This document shows positions 32,037 to 42,976 of a stretch of DNA of 64,000 bases, piece by piece. This DNA comes from an uncultured Brevundimonas sp. (GTDB lineage Bacteria; Pseudomonadota; Alphaproteobacteria; Caulobacterales; Caulobacteraceae). Where the stretch lies: positions 5,144 through 69,143 of the forward strand of contig CAUPWX010000012.1 of the NCBI GenBank assembly GCA_963515305.1, in the 5' to 3' direction. The translations under genes and the position numbers were made by a program. How positions within the stretch are numbered: position 1 is the stretch's first letter; each line of letters begins with the position of its first letter. Under the pieces are notes generated by a model. It made no database searches, was not told where the DNA came from, and saw nothing but the letters and a program-made list of their open reading frames with translations.

Positions 32037-32078
32037 GTCATCAACTGATGTCATCAGTTGATGTCATCGGTGGATGAC
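32037..32078. promoter_or_regulatory. Three tandem 13-bp palindromic units (CATC-N4-GATG), probable operator array
   Basis: GTCATCAACTGAT GTCATCAGTTGAT GTCATCGGTGGAT GAC upstream of the DoxX gene. Confidence 0.6.
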
Positions 32079-32164
32079 AAAATCGTACAGCGGGGCTATA
32101 TCACCCCTTGCGAACGGAGCCGAGCAATCCGATATCGCGGCTGTTACGAATTAGGCCCCTCCCG

Positions 32165-32581
32165 ATGACCACCACCACTCTCTCCCCGATCCAGTCGCGC
32201 AGCCGCGCAGCCTACAGGAACGTCGCCCTGTGGACGTTGCAGGGCTGGATCGCGATGTTCTTCATCGCCGCCGGCTACGCCAAGCTGACCGAGCCGATGA
32301 CCAATCTGATCAATCTGATGGGCTGGCCCGCCGTCGCGCCCGAGAACATGGTGCGCGGCCTGGGCGTGGTCGAGGTGGTGCTGGCGCTGGGCGTGCTGAG
32401 CCCGCTGATCTCGTGGCGCGTCGGTCGCCCGTTGCTGCTGACGGCGGCGGCGGGTCTGACGGTCATGGAGGCGACCATGCTGACGGTTCACGCCCTCAAT
32501 CAGGACATCGGCCTGGCAGTGGTCAACGCCGTCCTGCTGGCCCTGACGATCCCCGTGCTGCTGGGCCGTCGCAAGGCCTGA
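32165..32581 (+). CDS. DoxX family membrane protein
   Basis: ALWTLQ...FIAAGYAKL...GVVEVVLALG; four TM helices. Confidence 0.8.
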   Translation: MTTTTLSPIQSRSRAAYRNVALWTLQGWIAMFFIAAGYAKLTEPMTNLINLMGWPAVAPENMVRGLGVVEVVLALGVLSPLISWRVGRPLLLTAAAGLTVMEATMLTVHALNQDIGLAVVNAVLLALTIPVLLGRRKA

Positions 32582-32633
32582 TCGCAAGTTCGAGCGCCGG
32601 ACGCTCTCCCCTCCCCTGCATCCGGCGTTTCGC

Positions 32634-32669
32634 GCCCGGAACCGTCCCCCCGGTTCCGGGCTTTTTCTT
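32634..32669 (+). terminator. Intrinsic terminator
   Basis: GCCCGGAACCG-TCCCCC-CGGTTCCGGGC-TTTTTCTT. Confidence 0.85.
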
Positions 32670-32698
32670 GCCGAAAGCCCTGCGTCAAAAGGCTTACC

Positions 32699-32738
32699 CT
32701 TACGTGCGCGTAAACTCTTCCCTTTACGTGCGCGTCAA
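32699..32738. promoter_or_regulatory. Tandem LiuR-type operators
   Basis: CTTACGTGCGCGTAAA (32699-32714) and TTTACGTGCGCGTCAA (32723-32738) resemble the TTTACGT-NN-ACGTAAA LiuR motif. Confidence 0.75.
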
Positions 32739-32752
32739 GTTATGGTGCGGGC

Positions 32753-33232
32753 ATGGCCACAGCCGACGACCACCGCACCTATTCCATTCGCCAGCTGTGC
32801 CGCGAGTTCGGCGCCACGGCCCGCGCCCTGCGTTTCTACGAGGACAAGGGTCTTCTGACCCCGGCGCGCAAGGGCCAGACGCGGGTCTATGATGCGCGCG
32901 ACCGCGCCCGGCTGAAACTGATCCTGAGGGGCCGCCGCATCGGCTTCACCCTGCAGGAGATCCAGGACATGATGGATCTCTATGATCAGAAGGACCACAA
33001 CGTCCATCAGATGGCCGTGGCCCTGGTGCGCCACCGCGCCCAGATCGAGGCGCTGAAACAGCAGCTCGAAGACATCGAAGGCGCGATCGAGACGGCGGAA
33101 ACGGCCTGCGCCTGGATGGAATCCAAACTGTCCGAACACCGCCCGGACCTGCTGCCCGGCGCGGAAGACTATGAGCGGCTTTTGAAGTCGCGCCTGAACC
33201 ACGACCACCACCCCTTCAAAGCAAGAGCGTAA
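32753..33232 (+). CDS. liuR: MerR family regulator LiuR
   Basis: YSIRQLCREFGATARALRFYEDKGLLTP.R.G..RVY..RDRARLKLILRGRRIGF; upstream LiuR boxes; followed by acyl-CoA dehydrogenase. Confidence 0.8.
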   Translation: MATADDHRTYSIRQLCREFGATARALRFYEDKGLLTPARKGQTRVYDARDRARLKLILRGRRIGFTLQEIQDMMDLYDQKDHNVHQMAVALVRHRAQIEALKQQLEDIEGAIETAETACAWMESKLSEHRPDLLPGAEDYERLLKSRLNHDHHPFKARA

Positions 33233-33235
33233 TCC

Positions 33236-35020
33236 ATGGCCTACAAGGCGCCTGTCCGCGACTTCACCTTCATTCTGAACGAAGTGCTGGAGATCGACCG
33301 CTACACCAACCAGCCGGGCTTCCAGGACGTCTCTTCGGATCTGGTCGACCAGATCCTGGAAGAAGGCGCCAAGTTCGCCGACGAGGTCATCGCCCCGATC
33401 AACAATCCGGGCGACAAGGAAGGCTGCCACTGGGCCGAGGGCGGCGTGGTGACCGGACCCAAGGGCTGGAAGGAAGCCTACAAGGCCATGTCGGAAGCCG
33501 GCTGGATGGCGCTGGCCGCCGACCCGGCCTATGGCGGCCAGGGGATGCCCAGCGTGGTGGCCTCGGCCTTTGGCCAGATGACGGCCGGCGCATCCGCCGC
33601 CTTCTCGATGTATCCGGGCCTGACGGCGGGCGCCTATGCCGGCATCCACGCCAACGCCTCGGAAGAGCTGAAGTCGAAATACCTGCCCAAGATGGCGACC
33701 GGCGAATGGTCGGGCACGATGAACCTGACCGAGCCGCAGTGCGGCACCGATCTGGGCATGGTGCGGACCAAGGCCGTGCCGAACGGCGACGGCTCCTATT
33801 CGATCACCGGCCAGAAGATCTGGATCTCGGCGGGCGAGCACGACTTCTCCGACAACATCATCCACACCGTCCTGGCCCGCGTCGAAGGCGCGGTTCCGGG
33901 GATCAAGGGCCTGTCGCTGTTCGTCGTCCCCAAGTTCCTGGTCAATGAGGACGGCTCTCTTGGCGAGCGCAACACGCTGGAATGCGCCGGGCTCGAGCAC
34001 AAGATGGGCATCCACGGCAACGCCACCGCCGTCATGCAGTACGACGGCGCCAAGGGCTGGCTGATCGGCGAAGAAGGCCGCGGCATGAACAATATGTTCG
34101 TGGTAATGAACGAGGCCCGCCTGGGGACAGGCCTGCAGGGCCTGGCCATCGGCACCGCCGCCTATCAGGCCGCCGTCGAGTTCGCCAAGGACCGCCTGCA
34201 GGGCCGTTCGCTGACCGGACCGAAGAACCCGGACGGCCCGGCCGACTCGATCATGGTCCATCCCGACGTGCGTCGGATGCTGCTGGAGTCGAAGGCCTTC
34301 GTCGAAGGCGGCCAGGCCTTCATCCTGTGGACCGCGCTGCACGCCGACTTGGAGAAGTCCGAAGACGAGACCGTCGCCACCAAGGCCAAGGATTACATGG
34401 GCCTGCTGACGCCGGTGCTGAAGGCCTATCTGACCGACAAGGGCTTCCACGTGGCCTCGTTGGGCATGCAGGTCCACGGCGGTTCGGGCTACACCGAACA
34501 CTTCCCCGCCTCGCAGTATCTGCGCGATGCGCGCATCACCATGATCTACGAGGGCACCAACGGCATCCAGGCCCTGGACCTGGTGGGCCGCAAACTGCCC
34601 GCCGCCGGCGGGCGCGCCATCATGACCTGGTTCGGCGAGATCGACGCCTTCGTCGCCGAGAACAGCGGCAATGAGGCGATCAAGCCCTTCGTCGACGGCC
34701 TGGCCGACGCCAAGGCCAAGCTGCAGGACGGCACCATGTGGCTGATGCAGAACGGCATGGCCAACCCGGACAACGCCGCCGCCGCCTCGACCGACTATCT
34801 GAACGTCTTCGGCCTGACGGCCCTGGCCTATATGTGGGCGCAGATGGCCAAGGTCGCGCAGGCCCAGGTCGAGGCCGGTTCGACCGACCCCTATTACGCC
34901 ACCAAGCTGCAGACCGGCCGCTACTTCGTCGAGCGCATCCTGCCTGATGCGGAAGCCCATCTGAAGAAGATGAAGACCGGCGCCGACGTGCTGATGACCA
35001 TGCCGGTCGAGGCGTTCTGA
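33236..35020 (+). CDS. Acyl-CoA dehydrogenase (long form with C-terminal extension)
   Basis: GTMNLTEPQCGTDLG, EHKMGIHGNAT, QVHGGSGY, IYEGTNGIQALDL. Confidence 0.93.
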   Translation: MAYKAPVRDFTFILNEVLEIDRYTNQPGFQDVSSDLVDQILEEGAKFADEVIAPINNPGDKEGCHWAEGGVVTGPKGWKEAYKAMSEAGWMALAADPAYGGQGMPSVVASAFGQMTAGASAAFSMYPGLTAGAYAGIHANASEELKSKYLPKMATGEWSGTMNLTEPQCGTDLGMVRTKAVPNGDGSYSITGQKIWISAGEHDFSDNIIHTVLARVEGAVPGIKGLSLFVVPKFLVNEDGSLGERNTLECAGLEHKMGIHGNATAVMQYDGAKGWLIGEEGRGMNNMFVVMNEARLGTGLQGLAIGTAAYQAAVEFAKDRLQGRSLTGPKNPDGPADSIMVHPDVRRMLLESKAFVEGGQAFILWTALHADLEKSEDETVATKAKDYMGLLTPVLKAYLTDKGFHVASLGMQVHGGSGYTEHFPASQYLRDARITMIYEGTNGIQALDLVGRKLPAAGGRAIMTWFGEIDAFVAENSGNEAIKPFVDGLADAKAKLQDGTMWLMQNGMANPDNAAAASTDYLNVFGLTALAYMWAQMAKVAQAQVEAGSTDPYYATKLQTGRYFVERILPDAEAHLKKMKTGADVLMTMPVEAF

Positions 35021-35036
35021 TCACAGACTGACAACC

Positions 35037-35072
35037 AACGGGCCGGCGATTTCGCCGGCCCGTTTTCTTTTC
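35037..35072 (+). terminator. Intrinsic terminator
   Basis: AACGGGCCGGCG-ATTT-CGCCGGCCCGTT followed by TTCTTTT. Confidence 0.85.
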
Positions 35073-35115
35073 CAATCAGACGGGTTGAAACCCGCGACAT
35101 TCAGGGACGAAACTG

Positions 35116-36279
35116 ATGAACGTGCTGGGCAGCCCGGACCCCGATTTCATGAAGGAAGAAGAGATCACCCTCTTCTCCGACAGCGTCGGCAAATGGATCG
35201 ACGAGCACGCCCCGCCGGAAAAGGTCCAGTCGTGGATCGCCGCATCGTCTGTGCCGCGCGACCTGTGGACCCAGGCCGGCGCCGACGGCCTGCTGGGCCT
35301 GTCCATGCCCGAGGAAGACGGCGGCATGGGCGGCGACTATCGGCATGAAGTCGTGCTGATGCGCCAACTGGGCTGGAAGGGCGCGGACCATTTCGGCATC
35401 TCGCTGCACAACGCCATCGTCGCCCCCTACATCTGGCACTACGGCACGCAGGAGCAGAAGGCGCGCTGGCTGCCGCGCCTGGCCTCGGGCGAACTGGTCG
35501 GCGCCATCGCCATGACCGAACCGGGCGCCGGCTCGGACCTGCAAGGGATCAAGACCACGGCGGTCAAGTCGGGCAACGGCTATGTGGTCAACGGCTCGAA
35601 GACCTTCATCACCAACGGCCAGCTTGCAAACTTCATCATCGTGGTGGCCAAGACCGACCCGGCCGAGGGCGCCAAGGGCACGTCCCTGATCGTGGTCGAG
35701 ACCGACGGGGCCGAAGGCTTCGAGCGCGGCCGCAACCTGCACAAGATCGGCATGGAGGGGAACGACACCTCCGAACTGTTCTTCAACGAGGTCAAGGTTC
35801 CCGGCGACAACATCATCGGCGGGATCGAGGGCCAGGGCTTCGTCCAGCTGATGCAGCAATTGCCCCAGGAACGGCTGAACATCGCCGTCCAGGGCGTCGC
35901 CGCCGCCGAGCGCGGGCTTGAGGCGACGCTGGCCTACGTCAAGGAGCGAAAGGCGTTCGGTAAGCGGGTGATCGACTTCCAGAACACCCAGTTCAAACTG
36001 GCCGAGGTGAAGACCAAGCTGACCGTCGCCAAGGTCTTCGTCGACCACTGCATCGGCCTGCACCTGCAAGGCAAGCTGGACGCCGCCACGGCTTCAATGG
36101 CCAAATACTGGGTCACCGACATCCAGGGCGAGACCATCGACGAGATGCTGCAACTGCACGGCGGCTATGGCTATATGAACGAATACGCCATCGCCCAGCT
36201 GTACAAGGACGCGAGGGTCCAGCGCATCTACGGCGGCACCAACGAGATCATGAAGCTGCTGATCGCGCGGACGCTTTAA
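35116..36279 (+). CDS. Acyl-CoA dehydrogenase (long-chain type)
   Basis: AMTEPGAGSDL, NGSKTFITNG, QLHGGYGY, IYGGTNEIMK. Confidence 0.95.
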   Translation: MNVLGSPDPDFMKEEEITLFSDSVGKWIDEHAPPEKVQSWIAASSVPRDLWTQAGADGLLGLSMPEEDGGMGGDYRHEVVLMRQLGWKGADHFGISLHNAIVAPYIWHYGTQEQKARWLPRLASGELVGAIAMTEPGAGSDLQGIKTTAVKSGNGYVVNGSKTFITNGQLANFIIVVAKTDPAEGAKGTSLIVVETDGAEGFERGRNLHKIGMEGNDTSELFFNEVKVPGDNIIGGIEGQGFVQLMQQLPQERLNIAVQGVAAAERGLEATLAYVKERKAFGKRVIDFQNTQFKLAEVKTKLTVAKVFVDHCIGLHLQGKLDAATASMAKYWVTDIQGETIDEMLQLHGGYGYMNEYAIAQLYKDARVQRIYGGTNEIMKLLIARTL

Positions 36280-36293
36280 GGCGACGACAGCAT

Positions 36294-36623
36294 ATGGCGT
36301 TGATCGAAAAAGGGCCGTTCGAACGCTTTCGCGACTGGTTGGGTCAGCGACTGAAGCCCGTCGCCAAACCCGTAGCCACGCCCTTCGCCCACCCGCCACG
36401 CGACATCGTATGGCGCCAGGAGGGCGCGGGGCTTGCCGAGTGGACGGAACTGGTTCGCCGCGCCGACGGCCTCTACAGCTTCGCCGAATGGAAGCGGCAA
36501 ACGGTGTCTGCGCCGGGGATCGCGCCGTGGGAGACAGAGTTTCCCATCTTCGAATCCGGTCTCTATGGCTCCGAAGACGAGGCGCGACAGGCGATGAGCG
36601 ACCATATCCAGCAGTTGACGTGA
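36294..36623 (+). CDS. Hypothetical protein
   Basis: ATG-started ORF just after the dehydrogenase; no recognised motif. Confidence 0.55.
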   Translation: MALIEKGPFERFRDWLGQRLKPVAKPVATPFAHPPRDIVWRQEGAGLAEWTELVRRADGLYSFAEWKRQTVSAPGIAPWETEFPIFESGLYGSEDEARQAMSDHIQQLT

Positions 36624-36700
36624 CCACCGATATGAACCGGTGATTGGTCGGGCGCATTGAGCAACCGCGACACACGCCCAACAATGATCTATGGTTGCGA

Positions 36701-36838
36701 ATGGCGACCGTGAAGAATGGCATGCTCACACCTCCCAACGAATGGTGGAAACACCTTCGATGGGCGAAACGCGCCTTTTGGAAAGGCGAGCGCAAGGCCG
36801 CCAAAGCATCGGCTTCGACACTGGCCGACAATCGCTGA
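36701..36838 (+). CDS. Small basic Trp-rich hypothetical protein (45 aa)
   Basis: MATVKNGMLTPPNEWWKHLRWAKRAFWKGERKAAK...; fills an intergenic gap. Confidence 0.5.
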   Translation: MATVKNGMLTPPNEWWKHLRWAKRAFWKGERKAAKASASTLADNR

Positions 36839-36847
36839 CACCCAACC

Positions 36848-37222
36848 TCCGCTCATCCCCGCGAAAGCGGGGACCCAGTGCTTTCGGGATGCTCGCCGGT
36901 GGCCTTTTTCACCTGCATCGTCGCCAGTCAGAGGAACGGAACCCTCTACACGGGCTCGACCGAAGACATCATCCTGCGCACCGCGCAGCATCGAGACAAA
37001 CTGTTCAAAGGCTTTTCCGCAAAGTATGGCTGCGCCACCTTGGTCTGGTTTGAAATGCACGCCAGCCGCCATGCGGCCTTCGTGCGCGAGCGCCAGATCA
37101 AGAAATGGAACCGGGTCTGGAAGCTGGAACTGATCGAACGGTCGAACCCAGGCTGGCGCGATCTGTTCGACGACCTGATCTGAGGTTCTCACTGGGTCCC
37201 CGCTTTCGCGGGGATGAGCGGA
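36848..37222 (+). mobile_element. REP-flanked GIY-YIG nuclease cassette (endonuclease REPtron-like)
   Basis: Perfect 33-bp terminal inverted repeats 36848-36880 / 37190-37222 enclosing one gene; identical repeat at 2419. Confidence 0.75.
36899..37183 (+). CDS. Stand-alone GIY-YIG nuclease
   Basis: ASQRNGTLYTGST...R..QH...GFSAKYG...LVWFE...RERQIKKWNRVWKLELIE..NP.W.DL; probable GTG start 36899. Confidence 0.88.
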   Translation: MAFFTCIVASQRNGTLYTGSTEDIILRTAQHRDKLFKGFSAKYGCATLVWFEMHASRHAAFVRERQIKKWNRVWKLELIERSNPGWRDLFDDLI

Positions 37223-37228
37223 TTTGAA

Positions 37229-37975
37229 ATGATACGTTTGCATGTGAACGGCGATCTCGCCGCCGCCGCCCCCGTCGCCCCCACCCTCGACCAGTCGCGT
37301 TACCTGACCCAGGTCATGCGGCTGAAGGTCGGCGACGATCTGCTGGCGTTCAACGGGCGCGACGGCGAGTGGCGCTGCACCGTCGCGGAGGTCCTGAAGA
37401 AGGGCGTCATCCTGCTCGCCGAGGAACAGATGCGGCCCCAGACCTTCGGTCCCGATCTGGAACTGATCGTGGCGGTGGTGAAGAAGGCGCGGGTCGAGAC
37501 CATCGTTGAAAAGGCCGCCGAACTGGGCGCGCGGCGGGTGCGGCTGGTGCTGACCAAACGCACCAATGCCGACCGTATCCGCCTGGACCGGCTGGACGCC
37601 ATCGCCGAGGAGGCCGCCGAGCAGACGGGTCGGATGGACGTGCCCGTGGTGGACGATCCGGTGAAGCTGGACGCCGTGCTGGACGGCTGGGAGGCTGGGC
37701 GCCGTCTGATGTTCTGCGACGAAACCGGCGGGGCGCCGGCCGTCACGGCCTTGATGAGACAGTCTCCGTCCCGCACCGGGACGGGCGACGCCCCTGCGAA
37801 ATGGTCGATCCTGATCGGCCCCGAAGGCGGGTTCTCGCCTGAGGAGGGCGAGCGGCTGCGAGCCCTGCCCTTCACCACCGCCGTCTCTCTGGGCCCGCGC
37901 ATCCTGCGCGCCGACACCGCCGCCATCGCCGCCATGACCCTGTGGCAGGCGGCCGCAGGCGACTGGGACCGATGA
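37229..37975 (+). CDS. rsmE: 16S rRNA m3U1498 methyltransferase RsmE
   Basis: YLTQVMRL, EKAAELG, EAAEQ, LIGPEGGFS, LGPRILRADTA. Confidence 0.95.
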   Translation: MIRLHVNGDLAAAAPVAPTLDQSRYLTQVMRLKVGDDLLAFNGRDGEWRCTVAEVLKKGVILLAEEQMRPQTFGPDLELIVAVVKKARVETIVEKAAELGARRVRLVLTKRTNADRIRLDRLDAIAEEAAEQTGRMDVPVVDDPVKLDAVLDGWEAGRRLMFCDETGGAPAVTALMRQSPSRTGTGDAPAKWSILIGPEGGFSPEEGERLRALPFTTAVSLGPRILRADTAAIAAMTLWQAAAGDWDR

Positions 37976-38013
37976 CGCCTTGCCAATCGGGCAGGCGCCG
38001 GGGACGATAGGTC

Positions 38014-38448
38014 ATGGGTCTGGAACTGGCGATCGCGACGATCATGGTCTTGCTGACCGTCGGCATCCACGGCGTGGGCCTGCTGGGCGTCGCGCGGGTG
38101 CTCGGCGCTCTGGACAAGCGGCGCGGCCAATACCGGATCAATCCGGTGTCGTGGGAGGGCGCGACCCTGGCCGGGGTCGTCGCAATGGCCCTGTTGACGC
38201 TGCACGGGCTGGAAATCTGGCTTTACGCCTTCGTCTTCATGATGCTGGACGCGATCAGCAGCCTGCGCGACGCGGTTTATTTCTCGACCATCAGCTACGC
38301 CACCATCGGCTATACGGACGCGCCGATACTGGAGGAGTGGCGGCTGCTGGGGGCGATCGAGGGCGTCAACGGCACCCTGCTGATGGGCTGGTCCGTGGCC
38401 TTTTTCGTCACCGTCATGACCCGCATCCTGCCGCGCGCGCGTCGTTGA
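38014..38448 (+). CDS. Small ion-channel (pore-only, Ion_trans_2-like) protein
   Basis: AVYFSTISYATIGYTD...WRLLGAIEGVNG pore helix and filter. Confidence 0.8.
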   Translation: MGLELAIATIMVLLTVGIHGVGLLGVARVLGALDKRRGQYRINPVSWEGATLAGVVAMALLTLHGLEIWLYAFVFMMLDAISSLRDAVYFSTISYATIGYTDAPILEEWRLLGAIEGVNGTLLMGWSVAFFVTVMTRILPRARR

Positions 38449-38557
38449 GATCGTCTTGCGACGTCGAACACGGCCATGCCCCCTTGAGCGCGGCCTCGTC
38501 CTCGCCCATCTAGCCGCGACACACGGTCGCTTACGGCGCGCCGCAGGGGACTGACGC

Positions 38558-39919
38558 ATGACCGACAACGCGCCGCTGACCCGGACCGCCCTGATCGAGG
38601 CCATGTCCAAGGGGATCAAGCCCAAGGACCAGTGGCGCATCGGCGCCGAGCACGAGAAGTTCGGCTTCGACAAGACCACCCTGGCGCGCCCCGCCTATGA
38701 TGGCCCGAACGGCATCAAGGCCATGCTGGAGGGGCTGCAACGCTTCGGCTGGGCGCCGGTGGAAGAGAACGGCTTCCTGATCGGGCTGGAGCGCAGGAAC
38801 GCCGAGGGCTTCATCGCCTCGGTCAGCTTGGAGCCCGGCGGACAGTTCGAACTGTCGGGCGCGCCGCTTCTGACCATCCACGACATCTGCAACGAGACCG
38901 GCCAGCACCTGATGGAGGTCAAGCAGGTCGCCGATCAGATCGGCGTCGGCTTCCTGGGCGCCGGCTTCGACCCGCTGTGGACGCGCGAACAGGTGCCGGT
39001 CATGCCCAAGGGCCGCTATGACATCATGCGGTCCTATATGCCCAAGGTCGGGACCCTGGGCCTGGACATGATGCTGCGCACCTGCACCATCCAGGCCAAT
39101 CTCGACTTCGACAGCGAAGCCGACATGGTGATGAAGTTCCGCACCTCGCTGGCGCTGCAGCCGATCGCCACCGCCCTGTTCGCCTGTTCGCCCTTCACCG
39201 AGGGGCGTCCCAACGGCTTCCTGTCGGCGCGGGCCAACGTCTGGACCGATACCGACGCCGACCGCACGGGAATGCTGGGCTTCGTGTTCGAGGACGGCTT
39301 CGGTTTCGAGCGCTACGCCGACTATGCGCTGGACACGCCGATGTATTTCGCCAAGCGCGACGGTCATTACGTCGACGCCTCTGGCCAGTCCTTCCGCGAT
39401 TTCCAGGCCGGAAAACTGCCCGCCCTGCCCGGCCAGTATCCGACGCTCAAGGACTGGAACGACCATCTGACCACCCTCTTCCCCGAGGTGCGGCTGAAAT
39501 CCTATCTGGAGATGCGCGGCGCCGACGGCGGCCCGTGGAGCCGCATCTGCGCCCTGCCCGCCCTGTGGGCCGGCGTCCTGTACGACGCCCCTTCGCTGGC
39601 CGCCGCCTGGGACCTGGTCAAGGATTGGGATATCGCCGACCATGAACGTCTACGCCGCGACGTGACGCGCCTGGGCCTGAAAGCCGAAGTGGCGGGCCGC
39701 AGTGTGCGCGACATCGCCGTGGACCTGGTCGCCATCGCCAAACAGGGCCTGAAGAACCGCGCCAAATTCTCGGGCGGCATGGTGGACGAGCGCGGCTATC
39801 TGTCCGAACTGGAAGACATCGCCGACAGCGGCGTCACGCCGGCCGAACGGCTGCTGGACCTGTATCACGGCGCCTGGCAGGGCGATGTGAAACGCATCTA
39901 CGCCGACTTCGCCTATTAG
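38558..39919 (+). CDS. gshA: Glutamate--cysteine ligase (alphaproteobacterial/plant type)
   Basis: RIGAEHEKF, SLEPGGQFELSGAP, MPKGRY, HLTTLFPEVRLK.YLEMRGAD. Confidence 0.95.
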   Translation: MTDNAPLTRTALIEAMSKGIKPKDQWRIGAEHEKFGFDKTTLARPAYDGPNGIKAMLEGLQRFGWAPVEENGFLIGLERRNAEGFIASVSLEPGGQFELSGAPLLTIHDICNETGQHLMEVKQVADQIGVGFLGAGFDPLWTREQVPVMPKGRYDIMRSYMPKVGTLGLDMMLRTCTIQANLDFDSEADMVMKFRTSLALQPIATALFACSPFTEGRPNGFLSARANVWTDTDADRTGMLGFVFEDGFGFERYADYALDTPMYFAKRDGHYVDASGQSFRDFQAGKLPALPGQYPTLKDWNDHLTTLFPEVRLKSYLEMRGADGGPWSRICALPALWAGVLYDAPSLAAAWDLVKDWDIADHERLRRDVTRLGLKAEVAGRSVRDIAVDLVAIAKQGLKNRAKFSGGMVDERGYLSELEDIADSGVTPAERLLDLYHGAWQGDVKRIYADFAY

Positions 39920-40653
39920 GGCGTGGTGTAGTCTGAGCAATCCGGCAGCTTGCGATCGGGGAGATATTCGCCCGACGCCGCGTCGAAGATGAACCGTCGA
40001 TTGAAGCTGCATCTGGGATCGCGCACGGTGATCAGGTCGGCGGGCTTGAGGGGCGGTTTCTCCAGCGAATCCTCCGACCGCGAAGCGCCCCGCGGATAGG
40101 CGGTCGCCGTGGTGACATAGTCGAACACAGGCATCGCGTCCGCCTCGCCCGTCGCCGTCAACGTCGCCTCGAACCCGTATTCGTCGTGACAGGCGCCGGC
40201 GCGCTGTTTCATGTCTTCCTCGCTGAAACAGGCGCGAATGCTCAACGCTCCTCGGAGCGGCACGGTCAGCACAGGCGCGGGGCCGGCGTCGCCGTTCGCG
40301 TCCACCCGATAGAGGCGCAGCTCGGACGCCTGGCCGCCGCCGCCGGAATACATACTGCGGCTTTCCATCTCGACCCCGGCCAGACGTTCGCCATTCGCCA
40401 ATCGCACCAGGCCGACCCAGGGCCGATAAATCTCGACCTCGCCCGATGCATCCTCGGGCGCGGCAGGCAGGGCGTCGGCTGCGCGCACGACGGGGCGGAA
40501 GACCGGCTCTCCGTCGCGCGACTGCTGCGTCAGACCGACGCACAGGCTTCGATCGGCCGTGCAGGCCCGGTCGTCCCTCAAGATCAACGGTTCTATCCGG
40601 CCTTGTGAAGGCGGGGATTGCAAGGCGGCGATCAGGGCGAAAACGAACATCAT
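39916..40653 (-). CDS. Exported hypothetical protein
   Basis: Short hydrophobic N-terminus, paired Cys residues, MYSGGGG motif. Confidence 0.65.
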   Translation of the reverse strand: MMFVFALIAALQSPPSQGRIEPLILRDDRACTADRSLCVGLTQQSRDGEPVFRPVVRAADALPAAPEDASGEVEIYRPWVGLVRLANGERLAGVEMESRSMYSGGGGQASELRLYRVDANGDAGPAPVLTVPLRGALSIRACFSEEDMKQRAGACHDEYGFEATLTATGEADAMPVFDYVTTATAYPRGASRSEDSLEKPPLKPADLITVRDPRCSFNRRFIFDAASGEYLPDRKLPDCSDYTTP

Positions 40654-40726
40654 GCCCCGATCCTAACCCACCCCGCACGATGCGCCATCCCGTCGTTTCC
40701 GCCCATTGCAAAGGCAAGCTTAACGG

Positions 40727-42349
<1,623 letters not shown>

Positions 42350-42393
42350 CAAACCTTGCCAAACGCCCATCCTCTTTTGAGAGGAGGCCGACC

Positions 42394-42654
42394 ATGGCGA
42401 CGATGAACATCTCCCTGCCCGATCAGATGAAAGCCTGGGTCGAGGCGCAGACCGACGGCGGGCGCTACAGCAACTCCAGCGACTATGTCCGTGACCTGAT
42501 CCGCCGTGAGCAGATCAAGGCCGAGAAGATCGCCAATATGCAAAGGCTGATCGACGAGGCCTATGCCTCAGGCATAAGCGATCAGACGCCTAGAGAAATT
42601 TTCGAAGACATACGCGCCGAGTATCTGGCTGAAACGACGCGCAAGGCGGGCTGA
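42394..42654 (+). CDS. parD: ParD-family (CC2985-like) RHH antitoxin
   Basis: MATMNISLPDQMKAWVE....GRYSNSSDYVRDLIR; SD GAGGAGG. Confidence 0.9.
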   Translation: MATMNISLPDQMKAWVEAQTDGGRYSNSSDYVRDLIRREQIKAEKIANMQRLIDEAYASGISDQTPREIFEDIRAEYLAETTRKAG

Positions 42655-42655
42655 C

Positions 42656-42976
42656 TTGGCCAAGCTGCGCGTATCAAAGGCCGCGCGTGCCGATATGCGT
42701 GCGGTATTTCGCCAAAGCGTCGAGATGTTTGGACTACAGCAGGCTGACGCCTACGTCGCCGCTCTTCACCATGCGCTCGATCTCATCGCGACCTATCCCA
42801 AATCGAACAGGGACAGGGGCGACACCGCGCCGCCTGTCCGTGTCCAATCTTACAAAGCGCACGTCATCGTTTACGCTTTCGACGATGACGGCGTTCTGGT
42901 TCTCCGCATTCGGCACACGCACGAAGACTGGACGGCCGATCCAACGGGAGACCGAGAGGCAGGAGACGAAACATGA
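42656..42976 (+). CDS. parE: ParE/RelE-family toxin
   Basis: SKAARADM....VEMFGLQQADAY...HVIVY.....VLRIRH; coupled to the antitoxin. Confidence 0.85.
   Translation: MAKLRVSKAARADMRAVFRQSVEMFGLQQADAYVAALHHALDLIATYPKSNRDRGDTAPPVRVQSYKAHVIVYAFDDDGVLVLRIRHTHEDWTADPTGDREAGDET

Noticed and set aside
32037..32078. Short tandem repeats as a possible CRISPR array
   Set aside because: 13-bp abutting units with no spacers and no cas genes; no CRISPR array seen anywhere in the window
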